Shown here: in pieces, positions 16,862 through 26,693 of the stretch | Layout: every line of letters begins with the position of its first letter | Numbering within the stretch: position 1 is the first letter of the stretch | DNA from: Candidatus Falkowbacteria bacterium | GTDB lineage: Bacteria; Patescibacteriota; Patescibacteriia; UBA11705; JABHMO01 | DNA length: 55,539 nucleotides | NCBI GenBank assembly: GCA_016214755.1 | Contig: JACRNX010000019.1 | Coordinates: 1 to 55,539 of the forward strand | Direction of reading: 5' to 3' | Position numbers and translations under genes: made by a program | Notes under the pieces: generated by a model | Database searches by the model: none | What the model saw: only the letters and a program-made list of their open reading frames with translations | Told to the model about the DNA's origin: nothing

Positions 16862-18634
16862 TTACACCTCAATCACCACCGGCAAAACCATCGGCCGGCG
16901 CTTGGTGCGTTGATACAGGAATTGACCTAAGCTGTCGCGCAATTTATTTTTAAGCTCCATCGCGTCGAAAGCAGTGTTCAGCTTTTTGCCGCAAATTTTC
17001 CGCACCAGCGTCCGCGCTTCTTCAATCAGTTTTTTGCTTTCTTTCATGTAAACGAATCCGCGCGAGATTATGTCCGGACTGCCGATCAGTTCGCCGCCGC
17101 GTTTTTTAACCGTAGCGATGATGACGAACATGCCGTCTTCGGACATCATCCGCCGGTCGCGGAGCACGATGTTGGAAACATCGCCGACGCCGAGCCCGTC
17201 CACCATGATATATTCAGTCGGCACTTTTTCTTCGGTCAAGCGGCCGGTTGTTTCTTTTTGATTATCGCCTTTGACGAATTCCATCACTTGCCCGTTCATG
17301 GCGATGAAAATGTTTTCTTTGGGAATGCCGACGCTTTCAGCCAATTCGCCGTGGATGCGGAGCATATAGTGATTGGCGGAAATGGGAATAAAATATTTCG
17401 GCATCAGCAAGCGGATAATCAGTTTTAAGTCCTCTTGCTTGGCGTGGCCGCCGGCGTGAATGTCCATCATTTGATAATGATAAACCTTCGCGCCTTGCCG
17501 GTAAAAAGTGTCTTTCAAATTTTGGATGGTCCGTTCATTTCCCGGAATGACGGAAGAAGAAAAAACAATGGAATCGCCTGGTTTGACGCTAAGGAATTTA
17601 TGCTCTCGGTTGGCGATGCGTTTCAAAACCGCGGATTTCTCGCCTTGGGCGCCGGTGCCGAGAATCACTATTTTCTCGTCCGGTAGCCGTTTAACATCGC
17701 CTTCTTCAACCAGCGTGCCGGGTTTGATTTTTAGATAACCGAGCTGACGGGCGATTTCAATATTTGCATTCATGCTGCGGCCGTCGAGATACACTTTGCG
17801 ATTATATTTTTCCGCGATGGAAATTATTTGCTGGATGCGATTGATGAGCGAGGCGAAGGTGCCGACGATAATTCGTCCCGTCGCTTGCTGAAAAATCGTT
17901 TCAATCGAACTGGTGATTTCGCCTTCGGAGATTTGATGTCCGCGGTGCTCCGCGTCCGTGCTGTCCGCCATCAGCGCGAGCACGCCGCGGCCGCCGATTT
18001 GGGCGAGACGGTTTAAATCAATCGGCTTGTCGTTAATCGGGCTCAAATCAATTTTGAAGTCGCCGGTATGCACGACCGTGCCGACCGGAGTATGTAAAAC
18101 CACGCCAAAACTGTCGGGGATGCTATGGTTGACGCGGAAAAATTCCACTTCGAATTTTCCGAGCCGCAAGCGGTCTTTATCCGGATCAACCACGCCGATT
18201 TTGAGCGGCGTTTTGTTAAATTCCTCGTGCCGTTTTTTAATCAGTCCGGCGGTGAGTTTCGCGGTTAGAACAGGCGGGTCGCCTAATTCCGGAATTAGAT
18301 GGGAAATCGCGCCGATGTGGTCGTAATGGCCGTGCGTGATAATCACGCCGCGGATGTTTTTCGCCTTGGATTTGAGATAAGTAATGTCCGGAATAATGTA
18401 ATCAATGCCCGGCATGTCTTCCTCGGGAAACTGGAGCCCCATGTCAATGATGACGATGTCGTCGCCATATTCCAAGACCGTCATGTTGCGGCCAACTTCT
18501 TCCAGCCCGCCGAGAACCATAATGCGCAAGGCGTTGGCGCTGCCGATTTTTTTGCGCTGAAAAAAGGTTCCGCGGTTAAACGTCGGCCTTGGCCGGCGCG
18601 GATAATTTGGCCGTTGTCGTTTGTGTTGAATCAT
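16862..18634 (-). CDS. rnj: Ribonuclease J
   Basis: LGGLEEVGRNM, THGHYDHIG, NHSIPD, HTGDFK, PMVLPVVIEV. Confidence 0.96.
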   Translation of the reverse strand: MIQHKRQRPNYPRRPRPTFNRGTFFQRKKIGSANALRIMVLGGLEEVGRNMTVLEYGDDIVIIDMGLQFPEEDMPGIDYIIPDITYLKSKAKNIRGVIITHGHYDHIGAISHLIPELGDPPVLTAKLTAGLIKKRHEEFNKTPLKIGVVDPDKDRLRLGKFEVEFFRVNHSIPDSFGVVLHTPVGTVVHTGDFKIDLSPINDKPIDLNRLAQIGGRGVLALMADSTDAEHRGHQISEGEITSSIETIFQQATGRIIVGTFASLINRIQQIISIAEKYNRKVYLDGRSMNANIEIARQLGYLKIKPGTLVEEGDVKRLPDEKIVILGTGAQGEKSAVLKRIANREHKFLSVKPGDSIVFSSSVIPGNERTIQNLKDTFYRQGAKVYHYQMMDIHAGGHAKQEDLKLIIRLLMPKYFIPISANHYMLRIHGELAESVGIPKENIFIAMNGQVMEFVKGDNQKETTGRLTEEKVPTEYIMVDGLGVGDVSNIVLRDRRMMSEDGMFVIIATVKKRGGELIGSPDIISRGFVYMKESKKLIEEARTLVRKICGKKLNTAFDAMELKNKLRDSLGQFLYQRTKRRPMVLPVVIEV

Positions 18635-18710
18635 AAGAATTAAAAATATAAAAATATAAAATTATAAAAATAGAAAAATAGAAATCACCATTTTAAAATA
18701 TAATTAAGAT

Positions 18711-18807
18711 TAGTTAGGTGGTAGGTGGTAGGTTGTAGGGTGTAGAGATTTTTTGTAATCAAAATGTTCCGAGATTCTACTCACTACCCACTACCACCTA
18801 CACCCTG
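18711..18807. repeat. Inverted GTAG/CTAC heptamer pair around a short core
   Basis: (gtaggtg/gtaggtt/gtagggt)n-agattttttg...ttccgagat-(ctacNNN)n. Confidence 0.8.
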
Positions 18808-18810
18808 CTT

Positions 18811-20688
18811 TTATTTCCACTCCCTCTTTGTTTTAATGTACCATTCATTGATTTGGTTGAAGCGGTTGGCGGGAACAATAATTTCTTTTATATTGAAGCC
18901 CTTGATTTTTTTATTTTGCGGATAAGTATAAGTGGGATTAAAAAGGAAAATCGCTGGCACGGATTCGGCGATCAGGGCCTGGAACTTTTTGTATTTTTCC
19001 GCCCGCGCCTTGTCGTCGCCGATTTTCCGCGCGTCTTCCAGCAATTTATCAACATCCGGATGGTTCAGCGAAGTGAAATTCAACCCCGGATACGTCTTTT
19101 GCGAGGAATGCCAAAATGGGAATGGATCAGGGTCATAGCCGAGAATTTGGCCATAGAGCAAGGTCTCATATTCGCGTTCATTGATAATGTTTTGCGCGGT
19201 CTCTGTATTAATTAAATTTAAATTAACTTTGGCGCCGATTTGCTGCCAGTCCTTTTGCAGTTCTTTGGCGATTTTCACGCTTTCCGGCTGATTAACCGCC
19301 GTTAAGCTGAATTCTAAATAACGGTTTTTCAGTTGGCGCACGGGATAAGGAAAGGCCTCTGTTTCAGTCAGTTTTTCTGATTTATCTTCTTCCTTTTTTT
19401 CCGGTTTGTATTCCGTCAGTTTCCAGCCGAGTTTTTCCAACTCGTTTCTCGCGTGCTCCGCGTTGAACGGGAATTTGACCGTCTCGGCGTTGTAGCCAAG
19501 CGCCCCCGGCAATATCGGGCCGTCAATGATTTGCGCTTCGGCGTTTAAAATTTCGTTCACGATTTTTTCTTTATTGACGGCGTGCGATAAAATTTTTCGC
19601 AGGGTCAAGTCCTTCAGAATCGGATTCTTGTCATAATTGAAAAACACGGCGGTGTATTGTGGCAATTGCAATAAGTTGAAATTCAAATTGCGATTGTTAA
19701 TGATGCGGCCGCGGATTTCTTTCGGCAAATAGCTCAAACCGTCAACTTTTTTGTTGTTCAGGGATTCCACCGCTTGTTCGAAATTATCGTGAAATTTAAA
19801 TGTCAGCTCTTCGATGTGCGCGACGCCGGCGTAATATTTTTCGTTCCGGACGAGCTGGTAGCTTTTAATTTTTCCGTTTTTATTTTTTAAAAACGATTGG
19901 AATTCGTACGGTCCGCTGCCGATGGGTTTTAAATTATATTCGGCTAGCATCATGTTTTCCGGCAAAATGTTTTTCCAAACGTGTTCCGGCAAAATTCCGA
20001 CCGTCAAACTTTCCAGAAACGGCGCGAACATCGTTTTTAACGTGAAGCGGATGGCGTAGTCATCAACTTTTTCCACGTTAATTCCTTGGAAATTAAAATA
20101 TAGCGGCGTTTTTGATTTATTATTGGTGACGCGGGCGAAGGTGAAGATAACGTCGTCAGCCGTCAATTTTTCACCGTCATGCCAAAGCGCGTCTTGGCGG
20201 AGGCGCAGGGTATAGGTTAATTGGTCGTTGCTGACTTCGTAGTTTTCCACCAAATTTTTTTCCAGCCCTTTGTTAGTGAATTTAAAAAGTCCGGCAAACA
20301 TCAGAGTCGTCAAATCCAAATCAACGTCATTGCCTTGGGCGTAGAGGGGATTCAAATATCGCGGTGAGCCGACTAGCGCCTCGGTGTAACTGCCGCCGTT
20401 TTTAGGCAGCAGCTCCGAATGTGTCCAATAAAAATTTATCAGAAATGAAGCGAGAGCGATGATAATTAGCCCGCTTAATATGCGGATGATTATTTTTTCG
20501 AGCGGTGAAAGCAAGAGGGCCGTCAATTTTAATTGAGGCCAAGACGGCAATCTTTTTTTCATTCGCAGTTTCCGCACCAGGTATTCGTCGTGGCTATGAA
20601 ATCGTTTTGTTTTCCGTTTCGCCAGCCGGGCTTTGATTTTTAATTGAAAAGACAAAAATTTGTCCAAAATGAATTTTAGAGAAATCAC
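18811..20688 (-). CDS. Peptide/nickel ABC transporter substrate-binding protein (family 5)
   Basis: WHDGEKLTADDVIFTF, PIGSGPY, DPDPFPFWHSSQ; N-terminal TM. Confidence 0.9.
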   Translation of the reverse strand: MISLKFILDKFLSFQLKIKARLAKRKTKRFHSHDEYLVRKLRMKKRLPSWPQLKLTALLLSPLEKIIIRILSGLIIIALASFLINFYWTHSELLPKNGGSYTEALVGSPRYLNPLYAQGNDVDLDLTTLMFAGLFKFTNKGLEKNLVENYEVSNDQLTYTLRLRQDALWHDGEKLTADDVIFTFARVTNNKSKTPLYFNFQGINVEKVDDYAIRFTLKTMFAPFLESLTVGILPEHVWKNILPENMMLAEYNLKPIGSGPYEFQSFLKNKNGKIKSYQLVRNEKYYAGVAHIEELTFKFHDNFEQAVESLNNKKVDGLSYLPKEIRGRIINNRNLNFNLLQLPQYTAVFFNYDKNPILKDLTLRKILSHAVNKEKIVNEILNAEAQIIDGPILPGALGYNAETVKFPFNAEHARNELEKLGWKLTEYKPEKKEEDKSEKLTETEAFPYPVRQLKNRYLEFSLTAVNQPESVKIAKELQKDWQQIGAKVNLNLINTETAQNIINEREYETLLYGQILGYDPDPFPFWHSSQKTYPGLNFTSLNHPDVDKLLEDARKIGDDKARAEKYKKFQALIAESVPAIFLFNPTYTYPQNKKIKGFNIKEIIVPANRFNQINEWYIKTKREWK

Positions 20689-20769
20689 AATTTAAATTAT
20701 CGCGTTAATATTTCGCCAAAGGGCCGTCAGGCGCGGGGCAATGCCTCCGCCAGCGCTGATGATGAGAAA

Positions 20770-20997
20770 TTAAGCCCTCACCAAGATGTTAGCCAGAGAA
20801 GAGCTTAAAAATAATATGGAGAAGATAATAGTTAAAATAAAGATGCCGCGCTCAACGCCTCGTTTGGTCCGATAGACATTGGCGATTTCACTGCCGCCAA
20901 AAATGCCGCTCAAGCCGCCGCCGCGGTTTTGCAGTAAAATTAGCGCGATTAACAACACAGCGCAAGATACTTGAATGATGGTAAAGATGTTTGCCAT
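20770..20997 (-). CDS. secG: Preprotein translocase subunit SecG
   Basis: Two TMs; ILLQNRGGGLSGIFGG...TKRGVE. Confidence 0.9.
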   Translation of the reverse strand: MANIFTIIQVSCAVLLIALILLQNRGGGLSGIFGGSEIANVYRTKRGVERGIFILTIIFSILFLSSSLANILVRA

Positions 20998-21060
20998 AGT
21001 TTTAAGTCTGATGTCAGTAGGCAGTATATCAAAGGGGAAAGGGAATGTCAATTATGAGGG

Positions 21061-21195
21061 AGTAGGTGGTAGGTTGTAGCTTGTTAGCTTCTTAGGCAAT
21101 TTAGACGAGGTAGCTTCTTAGGTGGTAGCTTATTAGGCAACTTAGACAGGAAAAATACTAATAAGCAAAAAGCTAAGAAGCTAAGAAGCTTTTTA
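21061..21195. repeat. Nested heptamer/octamer inverted array
   Basis: gtaggtggtaggttgtag, then tagcttct units and their reverse complement agaagcta. Confidence 0.65.
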
Positions 21196-21254
21196 AGTTT
21201 TTTCGTTTTTTGGTTTTTCTGTTTTTTTTGTTTTATGTTATAATTAAATCACTT

Positions 21255-21983
21255 ATGCCGAAGCAGAAGATAGATTTGTTAAAAAAAACGCGGCCATGGT
21301 ACGTTGAATGGTGGGGAAAAATCATCCTCGCGTTTTTGGCGCTGTTTCTCGTTTTTTTGCCGTTTTATTTTTTCCAATTGTATAAAGTTTACAAGCAATT
21401 TAAATCCGGCGAATTTATCAGCGCGGAGGCGCTGGAAAAACAAGCGCCGTATAAAATGGCGTATTTCGTTGATTCAATGAGTCCATCTATAGGGGCGGAA
21501 GATGCGAAAATTACGATTGTCGAGTTTGGTGATTTTAATTGCTCGCGCACGAAAGAAGAAGCTGCGGTTCTAAAGCAAGTAGCCGCTGAATACAAGGATA
21601 AGATAAAAGTGTATTGGCGAAATTATCCTGTTTTCGCGGAAAGTTCCGCGGACCTGGCGCTGGCGTCAATTTGTGCGCATAAGCAAGGGATGTTTTGGCT
21701 GTTTCATGATTATTTGTTTCAGAATCAAGGCGATATCTCTGTCGAAAAGTTGAAGTCAGCGCCGACAGAGCTTGGCTTGGATAAAAAAAAGTTTGAATCA
21801 TGTCTGTCGAACCCGCTGACGCAGGCGCAAATCAAAAAAGATTATTACGCGGCGAAAGACGGCGAAGTGGCCGGCACACCGACGTTTTTTGTCAATGGAT
21901 TTAAACTCCAAGGCGCGATTCCAATCGAAACCTGGCGCGAAATAATTGATAAATTTATTCGGATCTACGAAAAAGATTTATGA
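21255..21983 (+). CDS. Membrane-anchored DsbA/thioredoxin-like protein
   Basis: ITIVEFGDFNCSRT and GVAGTPTFFVNG-like cis-Pro loop; N-terminal TM. Confidence 0.85.
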   Translation: MPKQKIDLLKKTRPWYVEWWGKIILAFLALFLVFLPFYFFQLYKVYKQFKSGEFISAEALEKQAPYKMAYFVDSMSPSIGAEDAKITIVEFGDFNCSRTKEEAAVLKQVAAEYKDKIKVYWRNYPVFAESSADLALASICAHKQGMFWLFHDYLFQNQGDISVEKLKSAPTELGLDKKKFESCLSNPLTQAQIKKDYYAAKDGEVAGTPTFFVNGFKLQGAIPIETWREIIDKFIRIYEKDL

Positions 21984-22537
21984 AAAAGATGATGGAAATT
22001 AGGATCCACGGACGGGGCGGCCAGGGAGCGGTGACGGCGGCGGAACTTTTGGCCATCGCCGCTTTTTGCGATGGGAAATTTTCCCAAGCGTTTCCTTCTT
22101 TCGGCGTGGAGCGGCGCGGCGCGCCGGTAATGGCGTTCTGTCGGATCGCCGAAACCCCGATTCGTCTGCGGGAGCAGATTTATTCGCCGGAATACGTGAT
22201 TATTCAGGACGCGAGTTTGGTCGTCTTCGATCCGCAAGTGCTGATTGGCATTGAGAAGTGCTACGCCGTGTTGATTAATTCGGAAAAAACGAACTGGCCG
22301 GAGATTAAAAATAAAAATATCGTTAACATACCGGCGACAAAAATCGCCATTGAAAAAATCGGCAAACCGTTTATCAATACTGCTTTAATCGGCGCGTTCG
22401 CGGGCATGACCGGGGCAGTCAGTTTAGCCGGGCTCACCCGCGCGGTAACGGAAAAATTCGGCGGCAAAGATAATAAAGTGGCAGAAAGCAACGTGGCGGC
22501 GATGGAGGAGGCGTATCGTCTGGTGAAAAAATCCTAA
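21980..22537 (+). CDS. porC: Pyruvate:ferredoxin oxidoreductase gamma subunit
   Basis: EIRIHGRGGQGAVT, FPSFGVERRGAPV. Confidence 0.93.
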   Translation: MKKMMEIRIHGRGGQGAVTAAELLAIAAFCDGKFSQAFPSFGVERRGAPVMAFCRIAETPIRLREQIYSPEYVIIQDASLVVFDPQVLIGIEKCYAVLINSEKTNWPEIKNKNIVNIPATKIAIEKIGKPFINTALIGAFAGMTGAVSLAGLTRAVTEKFGGKDNKVAESNVAAMEEAYRLVKKS

Positions 22538-22762
22538 ATTCGAGATCCTAATTTCTTGACAAATTCGAAATCCGAAATCCTAATTTCTAAACAAATCCTA
22601 AATTCTAAATTCGAAATCCTAAACAAATTCCAATTCCAAAATTATAATTTTACAAAGCATTCTATAAACTGTTTAAAATTTAGATATTGAAGAATTGAGA
22701 TTTGTTTAGAATTTCGATATTCGGATTTTTCCTAAAAATAGATATTGGAATTTAGAATTCTA
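22533..22762. repeat. Inverted heptamer array (CTAAATT/CGAAATC vs AATTTAG/GATATTG)
   Basis: Starts at the porC stop codon; related arrays at 28702-28842 and 37262-37366. Confidence 0.8.
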
Positions 22763-22790
22763 AGCTATATATTTTTACTTGAATTTATTT

Positions 22791-23060
22791 ATGAAAATAA
22801 ACCTCGCCGTCTCTCCCGGCACAACCAAAGATTGCAAAACCGGCAACTGGCGCGTGTATTATCCTTTGATTGACCATGAAAAATGCATTGCCTGCGGAAC
22901 TTGCGCTCGTGTTTGTCCGGAAGGTTGTGTTTTTCCCGTCAAAGACGAGAAGTCAAAAAAAATATATTTTGAAAAAGATTTAGATTATTGCAAAGGATGC
23001 GGCATCTGCGCGGAAGAATGTCTAGTTAAGGCGATTACTATGGAATTGGAGAGAAGATAG
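22791..23060 (+). CDS. porD: Pyruvate:ferredoxin oxidoreductase delta subunit
   Basis: KTGNWR followed by two CxxCxxCxxxC motifs. Confidence 0.9.
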   Translation: MKINLAVSPGTTKDCKTGNWRVYYPLIDHEKCIACGTCARVCPEGCVFPVKDEKSKKIYFEKDLDYCKGCGICAEECLVKAITMELERR

Positions 23061-23544
23061 GTTGTAGTGAGTAGGTTGTAGTGAGTAGATTAATTGAGAA
23101 GAACATTAATAATATGGAATTTAAGAGTGCTATCAATTCATATAAAGATTTGATAGTTTGGCAAAAATCCATGGAACTGATAGCAGAAGTTTATAAATTA
23201 ACAAAGCAATATCCTCGTGAGGAGTTGTACATTTTAGCTCGCGAAACCAAACGGTCCGCCATATCCATACCGTCTAATATCGCAGAGGGAAGCCGGCGAA
23301 GCACTAAAAAAGATTACAGGCAGTTTCTATTAATGGCATATGCTTCGGATGCGGAGCTGGAGACTCAAATTGAAATTGCGAAGCGTGTTTTAAATGATTG
23401 CGTTTTGGATTTTACAAAAATTGATTCTTTATTGAAAGAAGTTATGCGAATGTTGAATAAGTTGACGCATGAATTGGAGCAATATTAAAGTGAGTAGTGG
23501 TAGTCTTATATAACTACAACCTACTCACTACAAACTACCACCTA
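23058..23544. mobile_element. Heptamer-inverted-repeat-bounded cassette carrying a four-helix-bundle gene
   Basis: 21-bp perfect inverted repeat ttgtagtgagtaggttgtagt (23062-23082) / actacaacctactcactacaa (23513-23533), between porD and porA; mobility is inferred. Confidence 0.6.
23114..23488 (+). CDS. Four helix bundle protein (23S rRNA IVP family)
   Basis: SYKDLIVWQKSM, YPREELY, RSAISIPSNIAEG, ELETQIEIA. Confidence 0.92.
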   Translation: MEFKSAINSYKDLIVWQKSMELIAEVYKLTKQYPREELYILARETKRSAISIPSNIAEGSRRSTKKDYRQFLLMAYASDAELETQIEIAKRVLNDCVLDFTKIDSLLKEVMRMLNKLTHELEQY

Positions 23545-23583
23545 AAATTAGATTTTGCGCTTTAAACTTGTAACTTTGAGTTT

Positions 23584-24720
23584 ATGAGAAAGTGCATCGA
23601 GGGATCATTAGCAGTCGCGGAGGCGATAAAATTATGTCGTCCGGCGGTGGTGGCGGCTTATCCGATTACCCCGCAGACGCATATCGTTGAAGAACTCGCC
23701 AAGTTTAAAGCAGAAGGCGAAGCGGATTTTGAATTTGTCCGCGCGGAAAGCGAATTTAGCGCCGCGTCCATTGTTCTCGGCGCTTCCGCGTCCGGCGTTC
23801 GAACATACACCGCGTCCAGCTCGCAAGGATTGTTGTTAATGACCGAAGTTTTATTCACCATCGCCGGCCTGCGTCTGCCCGTGGTTTTGACTTGCGCCAA
23901 CCGCGCGGTGTCAGCGCCAATCAACATTTGGAATGACCAGCAGGACGCGATGACAATTCGCGACGCCGGCTGGATAATGCTATTCGCGGAAGACAATCAG
24001 GAAGCAGTGGATTTTCATTTGCTGGCGTACAAAATCAGCGAGCAAGTAAAAATTCCGGTTATGGTTAACATGGATGGCTTTGTTTTGACGCACACTTTTG
24101 AGCCGGTTGATATTCCATCGGAAAAAGAGGTAGCGTGTTTTTTGCCGAATTACGCGCCAGCGGCCGGCCAGATTTTAAACGTGAAAAGTCCAGTCAGTTT
24201 GGGTTGTTTCGCCACGCCGGCCGATTACTTAGAGATTCGGCAAGATTTATTTAATGATTTAGTCAGTTCAATGGAAATAATAAAAAAAGAATTGGGAAAC
24301 TTTAAAAAAACTTTCAAACGCGGCAATTCAGAGTTAGTTGAATATTATGGTGATAAAGACGCCGAGATTGTTTTCGCGGCCATGGGTTCAATCGTGGGAA
24401 CAATCAAAGACGCGGTGGATGAACTGAACGCGGCCGGACAAAAAGCAGGGGTGATAAAGATAAAATGTTTTCGGCCGTTTCCGAAAGAAGAAGTAGTGAG
24501 TCAATTATCAAAAGCAAAATACGCGGCGGTGATTGATAAAAATATTTCGTTGGGACAAGAGGGGATTTTAGCGACAGAGATTAAAGCATTAGTTAGAAAC
24601 GACAAAAAAGTCCAGTCGTTTATCGTCGGTCTCGGCGGACGCGACGTGACACGTCAGCATATTTTCGATATATATAAAAAAGTTCAGGATAATAAGGACG
24701 GCGTTTTGTTCGTTGGATAG
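23584..24720 (+). CDS. porA: Pyruvate:ferredoxin oxidoreductase alpha subunit
   Basis: AYPITPQT, ESEFSA, SSQGLLLM, NRAVSAPINIWNDQQD. Confidence 0.95.
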   Translation: MRKCIEGSLAVAEAIKLCRPAVVAAYPITPQTHIVEELAKFKAEGEADFEFVRAESEFSAASIVLGASASGVRTYTASSSQGLLLMTEVLFTIAGLRLPVVLTCANRAVSAPINIWNDQQDAMTIRDAGWIMLFAEDNQEAVDFHLLAYKISEQVKIPVMVNMDGFVLTHTFEPVDIPSEKEVACFLPNYAPAAGQILNVKSPVSLGCFATPADYLEIRQDLFNDLVSSMEIIKKELGNFKKTFKRGNSELVEYYGDKDAEIVFAAMGSIVGTIKDAVDELNAAGQKAGVIKIKCFRPFPKEEVVSQLSKAKYAAVIDKNISLGQEGILATEIKALVRNDKKVQSFIVGLGGRDVTRQHIFDIYKKVQDNKDGVLFVG

Positions 24721-24750
24721 AAGAATATACGGCCAAGATAAAAAATAAAT

Positions 24751-24822
24751 TTGTCACCCTTCGAGAACCTCAGGGTGACAAAAAGACGGCCTTTGTCATG
24801 CTGAGGCTCTCGAAGCATGACA
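24751..24822. repeat. GTCA-type REP doublet
   Basis: gtcacccttcgagaacctcagggtgac and gtcatgctgaggctctcgaagcatgac. Confidence 0.8.
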
Positions 24823-24838
24823 GGCAATAAACATCATT

Positions 24839-26692
24839 ATGAAATTATCAATAAAAAAAGTATTTATCATTTGTTCCGCGCTTGTTGTTTTGTCGCAGAT
24901 TTTTAGTTTAAGCTATTTTGTTTTAGTTCCAGCAGTATTCGCGGCGGACGAGGGCGCGCCTGATATTACCGGCGCTATTATTCGCGTACCGTTTTGGGAT
25001 TTGCCGGCAGAATTAAAAACATTTAGTTTCGAGCCATGCCCGGAAGAGTGTAAAGCAACTGATCCGTCGGATGTCTGTCAAACGAAACAAAGCAAGACTT
25101 GTTTGAACATTCCTTGGATCGCGATGTACATCGGCGCCGCTTATCGTTATGCGGTTGTCTTGGGTTCGATTTTAGCCGTGTTTATGATTATGCTCGGCGG
25201 AGTGGTATATTCACTCGCCGGCATAAATCAGAATATGGTAAAAACCGGCCGAGATTTTATCAGCGGCGCGGTCATTGGTTTGATTTTACTTTTGGGCTCG
25301 TATATTCTTTTAAATACCATTAATCCGAATTTCATCTCGTTGAAGCCGGTTAAAATTGAAGTGGTGAAGGAGCAAGGAATGATCAAAGAACTGACTTGCG
25401 ATGAAGCGGAGAAGCAGGGCTATACCGTGGATACACCGAATTGGAAAACAAATAATACTTGCGGTCAGGAATTTGATTTAAAGTACGCTGGCTCTGATAC
25501 TACCAAGCAAGTCGCGGGTCAAAAATGCACGAGTACAAGTTGCGGCAACACCGGACTCGCGTGCATTAAAATGGTTGAGACAGGAGATTATCAATGCAAA
25601 TCAGTGCTGATGTACGGAGAAATTATTTATCCGGGTTTTTCTACGCTTCTTGGTTGCGGGCAATTAAAAGAAGCAGTAGCTACAAAGGGGTTTTATGTTG
25701 ATGAATTAATGTTAAAGAGATTTGATATTGAAGGTGATTCGATCGGTATGACTTCTATAATTCCCATCGGACAAAATAAATTCTCATATTATATTGAGAA
25801 AAAAGACATTGTTGACATGACGGGTCCTAATGTGTCCAAATTACAGCCGAGCGATAGGGTTTATCTTTGGATTTCAGTTAATGATGCTGATTTTGGCTGG
25901 CTGGTAGCGACGATAGACGATGATTTTATCGCGGCGCCGTCAATAAAAAATTATACTGGTAAAAATGAAGTTGGGCCAATCGCGATTTGCAATGGAAATA
26001 TGTACAGCGCTTCCTTGGACGCAAGTAATAAAAAGTTGACCTATTTTTCAATTTCAGCATTGACGTGGGACCAATTGAAATCAGCTCCGAACGGTATTCA
26101 CTGGGATATTAATATCACGAAAGATTTTTTTGATTGTGAGGGAGGGGCAACTAAGGATGCTTTGAAAGTTGATTGTGACATTGCCAAGAATGCTGGCACT
26201 GGAAGCAAGGGAGAGAAAGGCGATGTTTGTAAAACAAATTCTGATTGCAAAACAGAATCAGGATTGATTTGCAACAGCGTGACAGGAGTTTGCAGTGTAA
26301 AAGGGCAAACGGATGCTCTATGTTCAATAAACGGTGATTGTGAAGTGGGTTATTATTGCGATAAAACAGGTTCAAAAAATGTTTGCGAATTAGCTGGTCT
26401 TGAAAAAATGAAGTGTGATCCTAGTAACGATAGCTCATGCGGCGCCGAGTTAATATGCACTGATGAGGATGATTTTGCTGATCAACCAATTTGTGTTCAA
26501 GCACCAAAAGCTTGTACTGATGAAGAAGATAATAGCGACTGCAAAAATGTAGATGGATGGTTGGATGGTGATTGTGATGGCGGTTCCTGTGACTGTGATT
26601 TGGATAGTGACTGCGATGAAACTAAGGGATATATCTGCGCGGGTAATCCAACAAGTTTGTACAATAAAAATGCTTCTTGCGTACTAAAATGA
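24839..26692 (+). CDS. CPR pilin-like (TrbC/VirB2-type) protein with a Cys-rich C-terminal extension
   Basis: Signal peptide; IPWIAMYI...LAVFMIMLGG...GAVIGLILLLGSYILLNTINP; many CxxxxDC modules. Confidence 0.7.
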   Translation: MKLSIKKVFIICSALVVLSQIFSLSYFVLVPAVFAADEGAPDITGAIIRVPFWDLPAELKTFSFEPCPEECKATDPSDVCQTKQSKTCLNIPWIAMYIGAAYRYAVVLGSILAVFMIMLGGVVYSLAGINQNMVKTGRDFISGAVIGLILLLGSYILLNTINPNFISLKPVKIEVVKEQGMIKELTCDEAEKQGYTVDTPNWKTNNTCGQEFDLKYAGSDTTKQVAGQKCTSTSCGNTGLACIKMVETGDYQCKSVLMYGEIIYPGFSTLLGCGQLKEAVATKGFYVDELMLKRFDIEGDSIGMTSIIPIGQNKFSYYIEKKDIVDMTGPNVSKLQPSDRVYLWISVNDADFGWLVATIDDDFIAAPSIKNYTGKNEVGPIAICNGNMYSASLDASNKKLTYFSISALTWDQLKSAPNGIHWDINITKDFFDCEGGATKDALKVDCDIAKNAGTGSKGEKGDVCKTNSDCKTESGLICNSVTGVCSVKGQTDALCSINGDCEVGYYCDKTGSKNVCELAGLEKMKCDPSNDSSCGAELICTDEDDFADQPICVQAPKACTDEEDNSDCKNVDGWLDGDCDGGSCDCDLDSDCDETKGYICAGNPTSLYNKNASCVLK

Positions 26693-26693
26693 T

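Noticed and set aside
23114-23488. Diversity-generating retroelement (Avd) interpretation
   Set aside because: No reverse transcriptase in the window and no TR/VR pair with adenine-only mismatches; the 75-bp core pair differs by mixed transitions and is non-coding
22533-23544. CRISPR array interpretation of the tandem repeats
   Set aside because: Units are degenerate 7-mers without unique spacers, and no cas genes are present
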